Positions 1 through 7,726 of a DNA stretch of 31,924 nucleotides are shown piece after piece (position 1 is the stretch's first letter; each line of letters starts with the position of its first letter). Under the pieces are notes generated by a model, which was not told the origin of the DNA, did no database searches, and saw only the letters and a program-made list of their open reading frames with translations. The translations under genes were made by a program, and so were the position numbers. Source of the stretch: a virus; the IMG/VR virus record IMGVR_UViG_3300031949_000126, positions 1 to 31,924 of that record. One strand, written 5' to 3'.

Positions 1-127
1 GGCCTGGAACAAGAGGTTAAGTTCTGGTACAAGCATTCGACCGGAAAATTCCGCCTGACATGGATAGCAAATGCCACGTCTAGTTTTACGCTTCCGAACA
101 CGTCGCGGGTGGAGCATGAGTTCACGC
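1..127. repeat. Terminal overlap: 1-127 is identical to 31798-31924, so the contig closes on itself (unit genome 31,797 bp)
   Basis: Both ends were compared base by base (ggcctggaacaagaggttaag...gagcatgagttcacgc). An ORF stays in frame across the junction. Confidence 0.95.
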
Positions 128-1221
128 TTGCGGACGTTTATAGCGCGATCCGGGTTGAATTCAGCGATGACCAGAACCTTAACCGCGCCGTAAAAACATA
201 TTCATGGCATCAGGCCGCCGCCGCGAGTGGCAACAGCCCCGACCATTATACGAGTATATCAGAACATGGCTCAGGGTATGAATTTTTTGCTGAATTTAAA
301 GCATTCCATGATACTGCAGGAGACGGCGGGATGGAATTTACCTGCGATGGTAAGACAGACACTAAATTAGGGATGTGTTTCACGCATGACCCGACCGGGC
401 AGTGCATTTTCGGTGACTACTATTTCGGGACCGGTACGACACCACCTGCTATAGTTCTCGACAAAATTAATTTGAAGGTGAATAATTATCGAGCAATCGA
501 CGGCGGTACTTGGCAGTCTTATTGCAATTCTACCAAGACATGGGTGCTCCGGGTTTACGGCTGTGACGATTACAATACGACATCGGCAGCCACGCGAAAC
601 GCGAGTACATGGGTTGATCTCGGTTTTTCTATGGAAGGAACACCGGCTGCCGAGGGTTCATGGGTCGCAGGTGAAGCCCTTGCCTTTGCAAAGCGTCGCG
701 TCAATGCAATCCGCATCGCATGGGATTTTATGGCGGGGCCAAAAGAAAATGACAGTTATTATGGTGTAATCCACAATATCGAAATCTTGGGCAACCTGAT
801 TAAATATGCTCGTTGCCAGCTATCGAATGATGATGTTGATAATGTCGGTAAACCTGAAAAATTAATCGCGGTTTCCAGTTACGAAAAGATGCGGGGTGGC
901 GTGAAGGCGTCAACCGGCGTGCCGGGTTGCCAGCGGGTAAAGAGTGTCAAACTCGGCGCCGCGTCCGGCCCGGCTGCGCAAAGCATGGCGCGAATCCTCT
1001 TGCTGACTTATTTGCGGATGTCCGAGATGCGCCGGTATAGTTATCAGGGCGTGCTGCCCGGTACACCGGAGCTTGGGATCACTATCTCATGCGACGAAGA
1101 TAACGACGGGGCGGTCGATTACGTCGGGGTGCTCCGGGAGTATTCGTTCGCAATCGGCCCGGCGGGGATATCGGAAGCGACAGGCGTTATCCTTTCGACC
1201 GTACAGGCGGTGATCGATTAA
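1..1221 (+). CDS. C-terminal part of the large tail protein that starts at 30634 (Tal/baseplate-hub-like, about 794 aa in total)
   Basis: Frame 1 is open from base 1. The GTG at 109 used by the ORF track is a window-edge artefact. Position 31906 equals 109 and is in the same frame as the ATG at 30634. The segment TWVDLGF...VNAIRIAWDF...IHNIEILG loosely resembles a discoidin/CBM-like sugar-binding domain. Confidence 0.7.
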   Translation, partial: GLEQEVKFWYKHSTGKFRLTWIANATSSFTLPNTSRVEHEFTLADVYSAIRVEFSDDQNLNRAVKTYSWHQAAAASGNSPDHYTSISEHGSGYEFFAEFKAFHDTAGDGGMEFTCDGKTDTKLGMCFTHDPTGQCIFGDYYFGTGTTPPAIVLDKINLKVNNYRAIDGGTWQSYCNSTKTWVLRVYGCDDYNTTSAATRNASTWVDLGFSMEGTPAAEGSWVAGEALAFAKRRVNAIRIAWDFMAGPKENDSYYGVIHNIEILGNLIKYARCQLSNDDVDNVGKPEKLIAVSSYEKMRGGVKASTGVPGCQRVKSVKLGAASGPAAQSMARILLLTYLRMSEMRRYSYQGVLPGTPELGITISCDEDNDGAVDYVGVLREYSFAIGPAGISEATGVILSTVQAVID

Positions 1222-1874
1222 TGCCGTGGGACTCAGTAGATAACCGCCTTACGCGAAACCGGACACTCGCCGACGAAATTCAGGCGCAAATCAGACGGGC
1301 GATCAATCACAGGCCAGCCAAACCGTCCACAATAGGCGTGGGGATGCTTAAATACGGCGACACTACACCGGGAAGCGGACAGCGGGATGTCGCCTTCGTA
1401 GACCTCACGGACACGCCAAATACTTATACCACCGCTCTTAGTCTTCACCGAATAAATGCTGGTAAAACGGGATTAGAAGAAGTCGCCCCGTCCGAGCTTG
1501 GCCTTGTATCCGTCCAATCATTGGCTGCCGGTTTTGCGGTGGCCACTGTGACGGCAGGCAGTTTTTCATCGACAACCAATTATGTAATAACTGCCGCAGG
1601 TACAATTGATTGGATCGGCATTTACATATCCACGTGGATGCCGGATATTGGCAATATAGATACAATTACAGTCACGCTTTATATTAACGGTGGGGCGACG
1701 GATTCATTTACGAATACGGACGGGACTGCTGGGGTAAAGAGCGGCACAGTTTCGGAAGCCGTTGCGGTGGGCGCTATTGTTGAAGTCAAGGTGAAGGTCA
1801 CGACACAGCGGTCGGCGCTTGACGTGATTCAGTTCAATGCCTGGAGCGCAAGATTTAACGGAGCGATTGTATGA
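1221..1874 (+). CDS. Tail fibre / receptor-binding-like protein (217 aa)
   Basis: TAATG overlap with the upstream tail gene. The motif FVDLTDTPNTY...INAGKTGLEE resembles the F-x-L-x-D-T-P-x-x-Y motif I recall from many phage fibre proteins. Confidence 0.5.
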   Translation: MPWDSVDNRLTRNRTLADEIQAQIRRAINHRPAKPSTIGVGMLKYGDTTPGSGQRDVAFVDLTDTPNTYTTALSLHRINAGKTGLEEVAPSELGLVSVQSLAAGFAVATVTAGSFSSTTNYVITAAGTIDWIGIYISTWMPDIGNIDTITVTLYINGGATDSFTNTDGTAGVKSGTVSEAVAVGAIVEVKVKVTTQRSALDVIQFNAWSARFNGAIV

Positions 1875-2015
1875 CAGGAATAAATCTACCATTCGCGATT
1901 AAACCGCACTTCAAGGTGAAGATAACCAGGCGGAATCCTTATTGGAAGTTGCCTTATTTGTACAGAGTATGGCTACATTGGCGGGGATTAGCCCCGTATC
2001 AAAGGAGCAAATAAC

Positions 2016-2405
2016 ATGGCCGCTGGAAACGCGCAAAAGTTTACGACAGTATTTTTAGAACTGGTCAACGACATGTGTACGGGCGATGGGTCGGCACCCG
2101 CGACGTATTATGTCCACATGGGTACGAATGGAGAGCTCGCCGTTCCCGGTGATATCGCACTTGCGGCACCGTCCGCAGAGGCACGCGCCGCATGTACGGA
2201 GAGTCAGCCGACTACGGTGACATGGCAAGAGGCCGGGGCGAACATCACGAGCCTGAGTGACCAGACCATCGCGGAGCTTGGAATATTCACGAGCCTTGCC
2301 AGTACGATACTGGTGGCGCGCCGGAGTTATGCGACGGGGTTCCCGATTCTGACGAACGACTTGGTTCAGATCACGTTCGTGGGTACAACCGCACAGGCTG
2401 CGTAA
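2016..2405 (+). CDS. Hypothetical tail-associated protein (129 aa), possibly tail-collar-fibre-like
   Basis: SD aaaggag lies 8 nt upstream of the ATG. It sits in the distal tail module. The ELGIF...LVARRSY...VQITF pattern is weakly reminiscent of fibre N-terminal domains. Confidence 0.5.
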   Translation: MAAGNAQKFTTVFLELVNDMCTGDGSAPATYYVHMGTNGELAVPGDIALAAPSAEARAACTESQPTTVTWQEAGANITSLSDQTIAELGIFTSLASTILVARRSYATGFPILTNDLVQITFVGTTAQAA

Positions 2406-2422
2406 GACGGGAGCATTAACCA

Positions 2423-3457
2423 ATGGCTCAATACGCCCGACCCGATGCCGACGTCAGCGCGGGTAGCTGGACACCATATCCGGCCTCTCCGGCCACGCTG
2501 TACGATAAAATCAGTGAGACATCGCACGACGATGCGACTACCTATATCACGACGACGGCGGCAGCTACGACGTGCGAAGTGGGATTATCGAATGTTACTG
2601 ACCCGGTATCATCGACCGGACACATCCTGTACTTTTGGGCGACGGCGACGGGTTCGGGCGGCGGTGAAAAGATTACGATGCTGCTCTTTGAGAGCACTAC
2701 TCAGAGGGCGACATCGGGCGCGAAGACGATTACCCGCACAACGTGGAATGAGTATACATATACGTTGTCGGCTGCGGAAGCCGATGCGATTACCAATTAC
2801 TCAAACCTGACTATCAAGCTCACATCCGCACAGACAGCGGGGGAGACCTTAAAAGTTACGCAGGCATATCTGGAAGTGCCCACAGCCGTGACGACCTACA
2901 GCGTGACCATCGCCGTTAGCATGGCACTCGCTCCGGCACTTACTCGCGTGGTGACATTCAAGCGAAGTATAGCGGTATCGACAGCCCTGAGTTCTGCAAT
3001 CAATCGCCTGATTACATTTCATCCGACGATTGCAGTCTCTCTTGCACTCTTGCGGAGTCTGGAAAGAGTTGTGACTTTCAAACGTGGAATAGCGGTTAGT
3101 CTTGGATTGTCACCGGCTCTTGGTAGAGTGATAACGCGGGTGAAGTCATTCGGAGCATCGCTAGCTTTGAGTCCATCCATTACTCGCACGGTGACATTCG
3201 TGCGCGGTATCGCCGCCAGTCTTGCGCTAGTTCCATCGATTGTTTACGAACTCACACAGGCTGGCGGGGGGACACTCTATAACGTGACCATTGCCGTGAG
3301 TCTGGCTCTGTCACCTGCGTTTTCTTTCGTTCATTCGCTTTCCGGGCTTTACGCCCGCGCCGTGTCCCTTGCCGTCGCTGCTAAAACTCTGGTAAAATCG
3401 ATCACCGCGAAGACCGTCACGGAATCTATCGCAGACAAGGACATCGAGGTGGACTAA
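2423..3457 (+). CDS. Tail-module protein with an N-terminal globular domain and seven C-terminal repeats of about 20 aa
   Basis: 344-aa ORF with SD gggag. The N-terminus ARPDADVSAGSWTP...LYDKISE..HDDATTYI looks like a recurrent phage domain of unknown function. Repeats of IAVSLALSPxLxRVVTFKRG occupy aa 161-310. Confidence 0.65.
   Translation: MAQYARPDADVSAGSWTPYPASPATLYDKISETSHDDATTYITTTAAATTCEVGLSNVTDPVSSTGHILYFWATATGSGGGEKITMLLFESTTQRATSGAKTITRTTWNEYTYTLSAAEADAITNYSNLTIKLTSAQTAGETLKVTQAYLEVPTAVTTYSVTIAVSMALAPALTRVVTFKRSIAVSTALSSAINRLITFHPTIAVSLALLRSLERVVTFKRGIAVSLGLSPALGRVITRVKSFGASLALSPSITRTVTFVRGIAASLALVPSIVYELTQAGGGTLYNVTIAVSLALSPAFSFVHSLSGLYARAVSLAVAAKTLVKSITAKTVTESIADKDIEVD
2903..3352 (+). 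repeat. Seven diverged in-frame repeats of 54-66 nt (18-22 aa) inside CDS 2423..3457
   Basis: Protein-level periodicity: TIAVSMALAPALTRVVTFKRS / IAVSTALSSAINRLITFHPT / IAVSLALLRSLERVVTFKRG / IAVSLGLSPALGRVITRVKSFG / ASLALSPSITRTVTFVRG / IAASLALVPSIVYE... / IAVSLALSPAFSFVHS. The DNA copies have diverged. Confidence 0.8.
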
Positions 3458-3458
3458 T

Positions 3459-3809
3459 ATGAGCACACTGGAATTACGGGAAGGCAGCCGGGAGCCGATT
3501 ACGATAACCCTGACTCGCGGCGGCGTCGCCTACGACCTCGGAGCGAAAGCCGTCCGTATGCGGCGCAAAAACGGCAAATCGGAGCCGACCTATGATACCT
3601 TCGCGACAACCGATACCCCGGCTCTGCTGGTCGTTACAACGGCAGCTAGCGGCATCCTGACGTTTACACCGGCTGCCACGACATGGAAGGGCGCGGAGGT
3701 GAATTATAAGTATGAGTTCTACATCGAGGTTGAAGTTTCGACCGGCGTGTGGTACGCATGGAAGGAGGCCGAAAACGAGAAGGTGAAGATCGAACCCGCT
3801 TTCGGATAA
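3459..3809 (+). CDS. Hypothetical tail-module protein (116 aa), probably a beta-sandwich domain
   Basis: The ATG lies 2 nt after the upstream stop, with SD gaggtgga. The sequence is Thr/Val-rich with alternating polarity. Confidence 0.55.
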   Translation: MSTLELREGSREPITITLTRGGVAYDLGAKAVRMRRKNGKSEPTYDTFATTDTPALLVVTTAASGILTFTPAATTWKGAEVNYKYEFYIEVEVSTGVWYAWKEAENEKVKIEPAFG

Positions 3810-3818
3810 GGTGACGCG

Positions 3819-4067
3819 ATGGATAATAACGAATTCGAATTAATGGAATTCTATCGCAATCTCGATGAACCCATTACAGCACTCACGAATGAGATTGAAC
3901 GCATCGCCCTTGAAAAAGAAAAGACGGTAATCAGGGGCGCGATCCGGGAACTATTCGAGGATGTTATCGAGGAAATATTCGACAGTAACTTCCTTGAAAA
4001 TAAGGGGCGCAAATTCTCCAAGTGGGGCAAGCGCACCTGGAAGAAATTAAAGAAGGTATTCAGTTAA
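3819..4067 (+). CDS. Hypothetical small protein (82 aa) with a basic C-terminus, in an AT-rich segment
   Basis: ORF with SD aaggtga. Base composition is visibly AT-richer than the flanking tail genes. Confidence 0.5.
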   Translation: MDNNEFELMEFYRNLDEPITALTNEIERIALEKEKTVIRGAIRELFEDVIEEIFDSNFLENKGRKFSKWGKRTWKKLKKVFS

Positions 4068-4321
4068 TGGATAATCCGATCATAGATGAATTCCTAAAGT
4101 ACATTAATTCCGGTTCAATGGCCGGCGTATTTTTCTCTATTTGGTACTGGATGAAATATATCTGGCCTGTCCAGCGAAAGCAGCGCGATGATGATATACT
4201 GGCGCGTCAGGACGACAACAAATTAAAGCGCACGGAAATGCGGGTATTGGTATGTTTTCTCGAACATCTGAAAAAGGAAGGTTACGAAATCGATGTTCCC
4301 GATCTCACGAAAGAAATCTAA
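4067..4321 (+). CDS. Small membrane protein (84 aa), holin-like candidate
   Basis: TAATG overlap start at 4067 (the track's upstream GTG start at 4022 overlaps the previous gene). It has one hydrophobic segment (MAGVFFSIWYWMKYIWPV) followed by a charged tail, and it is the last gene of the late operon. Confidence 0.4.
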   Translation: MDNPIIDEFLKYINSGSMAGVFFSIWYWMKYIWPVQRKQRDDDILARQDDNKLKRTEMRVLVCFLEHLKKEGYEIDVPDLTKEI

Positions 4322-4432
4322 ACCGACGGTTTTAGAGTTACAGACGGAACGCACTGAATTAAACCGGATGCGGAGGAAAATCCTGTTGTCATTCAGCGAA
4401 ACGGATTGTGAAGCTACGGAGAAACCGCCTAA

Positions 4433-4460
4433 GAAAAACGGCTCCATAGCCGGGGAGCCG
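4433..4460 (-). terminator. Intrinsic terminator of the leftward early operon
   Basis: Minus-sense reads CGGCTCC-ccggctat-GGAGCCG-TTTTTCTT: a 7-bp GC stem, an 8-nt loop and a T5 run. It lies about 80 nt downstream of the stop of CDS 4539..4826, at the convergence point of the two operons. Confidence 0.7.
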
Positions 4461-4538
4461 ATGCTGGCTGAAAAATAATACGGAGAGCGTGGGGATACTC
4501 CTTTCTACCTTCCCTCAACCAATCCGATACCTCCCGCT

Positions 4539-4826
4539 TCACACATCTTCTCCTGTCCCGCGCTCTCCCACTCTCTCGTAAACCCGCCCCGCGCTGTCCA
4601 TGCCGTGCTCCCGGATGAAAGCCTTGCCCTTATCGGTGATGCGGAGACTACGGCACCGATGCTCTGGATTTATGAGGTAACCTTTGCGAATCATCGCGTT
4701 TAAATGGCCTTTGACATTAGTGTCAGCAATCCCTAGAAGGTCTCCAAGCTCGCGGTAACTCGCGCTAGGATGCGTCGCTATCAGGATCAGGACTTGTGCC
4801 TGCCGTGGTGTCAGTTTATCTTTCAT
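4539..4826 (-). CDS. Winged-helix DNA-binding protein resembling the LexA N-terminal domain (95 aa, no peptidase domain)
   Basis: LTPRQAQVLILIATHP..SYRELGDLLGI.DTNVKGHLNAMIRKGYL...RSLRITDKG parallels the LexA pattern LTxRQxEVxxxI....E.a..LG..S.n.v..HL.aL..KG.i. Confidence 0.6.
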   Translation of the reverse strand: MKDKLTPRQAQVLILIATHPSASYRELGDLLGIADTNVKGHLNAMIRKGYLINPEHRCRSLRITDKGKAFIREHGMDSAGRVYERVGERGTGEDV

Positions 4827-4829
4827 GGT

Positions 4830-5516
4830 TCACCCCCGCCCCCCGCCGTCGAATAGCTTGGTCTGCGCGTACTCACGGTCTATCCGCTCACAGGCGATGT
4901 CGAAGTACTTTGGCTCGCACTCCACACCTATGAACTTGCGCCCCAGCCTCGCACACGCCACGCCCGTCGTGCCACTGCCCATGAACGGGTCGAGGATGGT
5001 GCCTTTCGTGAAGCCGATGCACCACTGCATGAGCTTTAACGGTTTCTGTGTTGGATGCCAGTGTTCGCCTTGCTCACTATCTCGCAACATTCCCATCCAC
5101 ATGTGTTGAAAAACTCGCGCTGGAATATCAAGATCAGACCATGCGAGTTCACAGTCTCCGAAATCATTTACCTGACCATTTATGCGCTTATACCAGACAA
5201 GCCATGCCCTAGACGGTGGTAGTTTATCCGCAATGTAATTCCCCCCCCAGATTATGTGACTATCGCCAATGGCAAGTATTGGAGTCGGGTCAATGGGTTT
5301 ATTATCATGCGCAAATGCTTCATAAATCGGATTAATCTGTCCTTGCCATCTTTTCACGTCTCGACTTGTACCGCCCATTTTGCCGTCAGGTCGTAGGATA
5401 TTAATCCCATACGGCGGGTCGGTCACAACCGCATCCACGCCCGTCAGCGTCGGCAGGATGTCTCTGCAATCTGCGTTGTACAACGTGGCGTTCCCAATCC
5501 TCACAGGCTCATTCAT
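4830..5516 (-). CDS. DNA methyltransferase, beta-class N6_N4 type, most likely N6-adenine (228 aa)
   Basis: Motif IV (VVTDPPYG) is near the N-terminus. Motif I (DPFMGSGTTGVACARLGRKFIGVE) is near the C-terminus. Confidence 0.85.
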   Translation of the reverse strand: MNEPVRIGNATLYNADCRDILPTLTGVDAVVTDPPYGINILRPDGKMGGTSRDVKRWQGQINPIYEAFAHDNKPIDPTPILAIGDSHIIWGGNYIADKLPPSRAWLVWYKRINGQVNDFGDCELAWSDLDIPARVFQHMWMGMLRDSEQGEHWHPTQKPLKLMQWCIGFTKGTILDPFMGSGTTGVACARLGRKFIGVECEPKYFDIACERIDREYAQTKLFDGGGRG

Positions 5517-5533
5517 CCGTCACCGCCCCGCGT

Positions 5534-5572
5534 GGTCGTCGGCGCAGACCCCGCGCCTGGTCGCCCACGACC
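5534..5572 (-). other. Nested GC-rich stem-loop in the 75-nt spacer between the PAPS-reductase-like gene and the methyltransferase gene
   Basis: Plus strand reads GGTCGT-c-GGCGC-agacccc-GCGCC-tggtcgccc-ACGACC. This is one of the few non-overlapping gene junctions in the operon. Confidence 0.3.
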
Positions 5573-5591
5573 GTGCCGATTGATAGTTCGC

Positions 5592-6368
5592 TCATGTGAA
5601 TAGTCCATCCTCTTGACTTGGTAAGGGATCATTCGACATCCACCATTCAAAGCACTCATCCGCATCCTTCCATCGCTTACTCATGCTGTCATTCCCTTTT
5701 GCCTTACGATTATCCCAGAGCTTATGAAACGCTCGTCTGAATTGCTTCTCGAATCCAGGCCAGCGTTCCCGATCCCGCCTCTTCTGCCATGCCGATTGCA
5801 TCGGACAGAAAATGCAGCCTAACCGTTTAAAACCTTCATCATACAGGGAGCAGTAGGGGACGTTCTCTTGCCGGATAAAATCCCAAACGTCGGATTCCGT
5901 CCAGTCGATAATGACGTGGAGATAATCTTTTTTACTAGCAGTATAGCAGACCTCGACCATTTTCCGATTACTGCGTTTTTTGGATTCTGCCCATCGAATA
6001 CCAGTCAACACGCGCCGACCAGAGCCGCCTTTTTCTTTATAACGTTCACAGCACCAACGTTTCATTCGAGCCGGAAAACCCTTATCTGGCAAAAGCATTA
6101 GCAGGGGTTTTTCAGCCCTGACCCATTCGACATCGGGATGATATTCTTTTATGAACCGCACAAGCTCCGGTGGATCAATTGTCGTGACTGCATAATGAGC
6201 ATCGTGTTTTACTCCCGCCATATCTGCCAGTCGCTTGATTACGCATGAATCCTTACCGCCTGAGAATGCGAGATAGTACCCGTCCGCAGGCTCGAATGCT
6301 TTCAAGCGTTCAATCGCCGTCTTGACGCGGTCGATGGGTCCGAAAAGTGTATGCTCGATTAATGCCAT
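5592..6368 (-). CDS. PAPS-reductase-fold PP-loop ATPase family protein (DndC/CysH/IbrA-like), 258 aa
   Basis: PP-loop motif YYLAFSGGKDSCV. A Cys-rich C-terminal part reads RWCCERYKE ... CSLYDEGFKRLGCIFCPMQ. I chose the start at MALIEH (6368) rather than the track's 6413, because a small upstream ORF overlaps the longer version. Confidence 0.75.
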   Translation of the reverse strand: MALIEHTLFGPIDRVKTAIERLKAFEPADGYYLAFSGGKDSCVIKRLADMAGVKHDAHYAVTTIDPPELVRFIKEYHPDVEWVRAEKPLLMLLPDKGFPARMKRWCCERYKEKGGSGRRVLTGIRWAESKKRSNRKMVEVCYTASKKDYLHVIIDWTESDVWDFIRQENVPYCSLYDEGFKRLGCIFCPMQSAWQKRRDRERWPGFEKQFRRAFHKLWDNRKAKGNDSMSKRWKDADECFEWWMSNDPLPSQEDGLFT

Positions 6369-6469
6369 AATTTTGATATAACCATTCCTACCAGCGTGCC
6401 GATGACCGCGCACACCATAGCCACGCTAAGGCAGCCGGGGTGCGATAGGATGGTTAGGTCGATTATCAT
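6359..6469 (-). CDS. Candidate 36-aa hydrophobic micro-protein (MIIDLTILSHPGCLSVAMVCAVIGTLVGMVISKLWH)
   Basis: Hand-translated ORF below the track's length cutoff. SD agaggaa lies 7 nt upstream. It has one predicted TM helix, and its stop overlaps the start of the PAPS-reductase-like gene. Confidence 0.35.
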   Translation of the reverse strand: MIIDLTILSHPGCLSVAMVCAVIGTLVGMVISKLWH

Positions 6470-6487
6470 TGTGGTTCCTCTTGTCAG

Positions 6488-6697
6488 TCATACCGGGTTC
6501 TCCTCTTGCCACTGCCGCAGGGCGTTGGCTTCGTCCTTAAATCCTTCTACGAACATAAATGGGAGAAAAATAACCATGAGTTTTTTGTATGACAATTGAT
6601 GCCGGGCTGTGCATTTTTCATATCGATACGTCAGCCCGTTCGCCCGCGCCCACGCCTTGACTTCCTTGAGCGTGGTCATTGGTTTGTAGTATGTCAC
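6488..6697 (-). CDS. Hypothetical protein (69 aa)
   Basis: ORF in the operon orientation whose start overlaps the stop of the upstream gene (ATGA). Confidence 0.5.
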   Translation of the reverse strand: MTYYKPMTTLKEVKAWARANGLTYRYEKCTARHQLSYKKLMVIFLPFMFVEGFKDEANALRQWQEENPV

Positions 6698-6948
6698 GAT
6701 TTAGCCACCTCCGGCATCTCTTGCGTCTTTAAGAATTTCGCGAGCGGACCATCGGGCGGTAGATTATTCCAATTCAGTTCTCCACTCTCTTGTCGCCCCT
6801 TACATGGGTCACACATATAAAGGGTTTCGGATGATTGAATCCCATTTATATGAACCATGTTTAACTCAACCATTTGCCCTTCCATTTCGAGACATAAAAT
6901 ATCTACGATGGTCGGATATCCACAAATGACACAGTGATTGGCAATCAT
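6694..6948 (-). CDS. Hypothetical Cys-containing protein (84 aa), possible zinc ribbon
   Basis: CVICGYP ... CDPCKG pairs. ATGA-type coupling at both ends. Confidence 0.5.
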   Translation of the reverse strand: MIANHCVICGYPTIVDILCLEMEGQMVELNMVHINGIQSSETLYMCDPCKGRQESGELNWNNLPPDGPLAKFLKTQEMPEVAKS

Positions 6949-7085
6949 TCAGGCACCTCTCTGTCGGCGATGCGGGTCAGGCGACGGATTATTTCTTCTT
7001 GAATGGTTGTATAATAATCATCCGACATTCCCCATGTTTCGAGTGCTTTAAGTAATTCCTCATTCGTCAGTTCTGTCAGATTCAT
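6945..7085 (-). CDS. Hypothetical small protein (46 aa: MNLTELTNEELLKALETWGMSDDYYTTIQEEIIRRLTRIADREVPE)
   Basis: Hand-translated ORF below the track cutoff. SD ggatgggaag is upstream, and the stop overlaps the next ATG (ATGA). Confidence 0.45.
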   Translation of the reverse strand: MNLTELTNEELLKALETWGMSDDYYTTIQEEIIRRLTRIADREVPE

Positions 7086-7089
7086 GGTG

Positions 7090-7266
7090 TCACTTCCCAT
7101 CCTTTATTCTCAGTCCTGTAACGTCGGGATGTTCATCGGTTGTAATGAGAATCCCGTCAAACTTATCGAGGTCAGGTGGATCCGAAAATATTCGGCAGAT
7201 AGCCGTTTTCACTTCCGGGAAATCCTTCGGTTCGACATATATATGTTTTACGCGTAAATTTTTCAT
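7090..7266 (-). CDS. Hypothetical small protein (58 aa: MKNLRVKHIYVEPKDFPEV...DEHPDVTGLRIKDGK)
   Basis: Hand-translated ORF below the track cutoff. SD-like ggaag lies about 11 nt upstream (ggaagtgacacaaccATG). It fills the gap between 7274 and 7085. Confidence 0.45.
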   Translation of the reverse strand: MKNLRVKHIYVEPKDFPEVKTAICRIFSDPPDLDKFDGILITTDEHPDVTGLRIKDGK

Positions 7267-7273
7267 GGTTGTG

Positions 7274-7726
7274 TCACTTCCAGGTTGTCGGGTTCTTTAA
7301 CTCCGCATGGACGTGTTCGGGATTGGTCGCGCCCTTATGATAGACCCGGAAGCCCAGCCCTTCCAGCACCTTAACTATCTGCTTTTTGTCACGCTTGTTT
7401 CGTGTCGTGAGATAAATCGCGCCGGGTCCGTAGAAGCCTTCAATGTCGATCCCGTAGCTCCCGGTTGTCCCGTCAGGCCATGCCTTGAAGTCGGGGAATG
7501 TCCCGTCGCTGTGCCGGGAAGTCTTATCTACCTTCCGCATCTTGCGGTTATTCCGAATCCCCCGCGTCGCAATTTTCGTGTAGCCGTTCGCGTCAAGCCA
7601 CTGACAGAGCTTCTCCATCAGCGGGGCGAACTTCGGGTTCACCTTTCGAGCATTTGCTGACAGCACCTTGCCGCGAAAAACTTTGATCTCGATTCCGTGG
7701 TCATTGAATTGGATTGGTCCGTTCAT
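7274..7726 (-). CDS. Putative zinc peptidase of the LAS/M15 type (150 aa); endolysin candidate
   Basis: TSRHSDGT ... YGIDIEG ... PEHVHAEL near the C-terminus resembles the S-x-H-x-x-G / x-D / H-x-H ligand pattern of M15 cell-wall peptidases. Assigned by eye only. Confidence 0.35.
   Translation of the reverse strand: MNGPIQFNDHGIEIKVFRGKVLSANARKVNPKFAPLMEKLCQWLDANGYTKIATRGIRNNRKMRKVDKTSRHSDGTFPDFKAWPDGTTGSYGIDIEGFYGPGAIYLTTRNKRDKKQIVKVLEGLGFRVYHKGATNPEHVHAELKNPTTWK

Noticed and set aside
109-1221. GTG start at 109 given by the ORF track
   Set aside because: It is a window-edge artefact. The frame is open from base 1 and continues from ATG 30634 through the circular junction.
2445-2810. 121-aa Arg-rich alternative-frame ORF inside the tail gene 2423..3457 (similar cases at 563..769 and 20657..20860)
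   Set aside because: These are off-frame ORFs in GC-rich coding sequence with extreme Arg content. The main frames carry recognisable domain or repeat structure.
4293-4478. 61-aa plus-strand ORF in the convergent intergenic region
   Set aside because: It overlaps the previous gene's end, has no SD, and runs through the minus-strand terminator hairpin. It is more likely non-coding.
6949-7273. Apparent gene-free or pseudogene gap in the ORF track within a tightly packed operon
   Set aside because: Hand translation shows two intact small ORFs (7090..7266 at 58 aa, 6945..7085 at 46 aa) with SDs and overlap coupling. They simply fall below the track's 60-aa cutoff.
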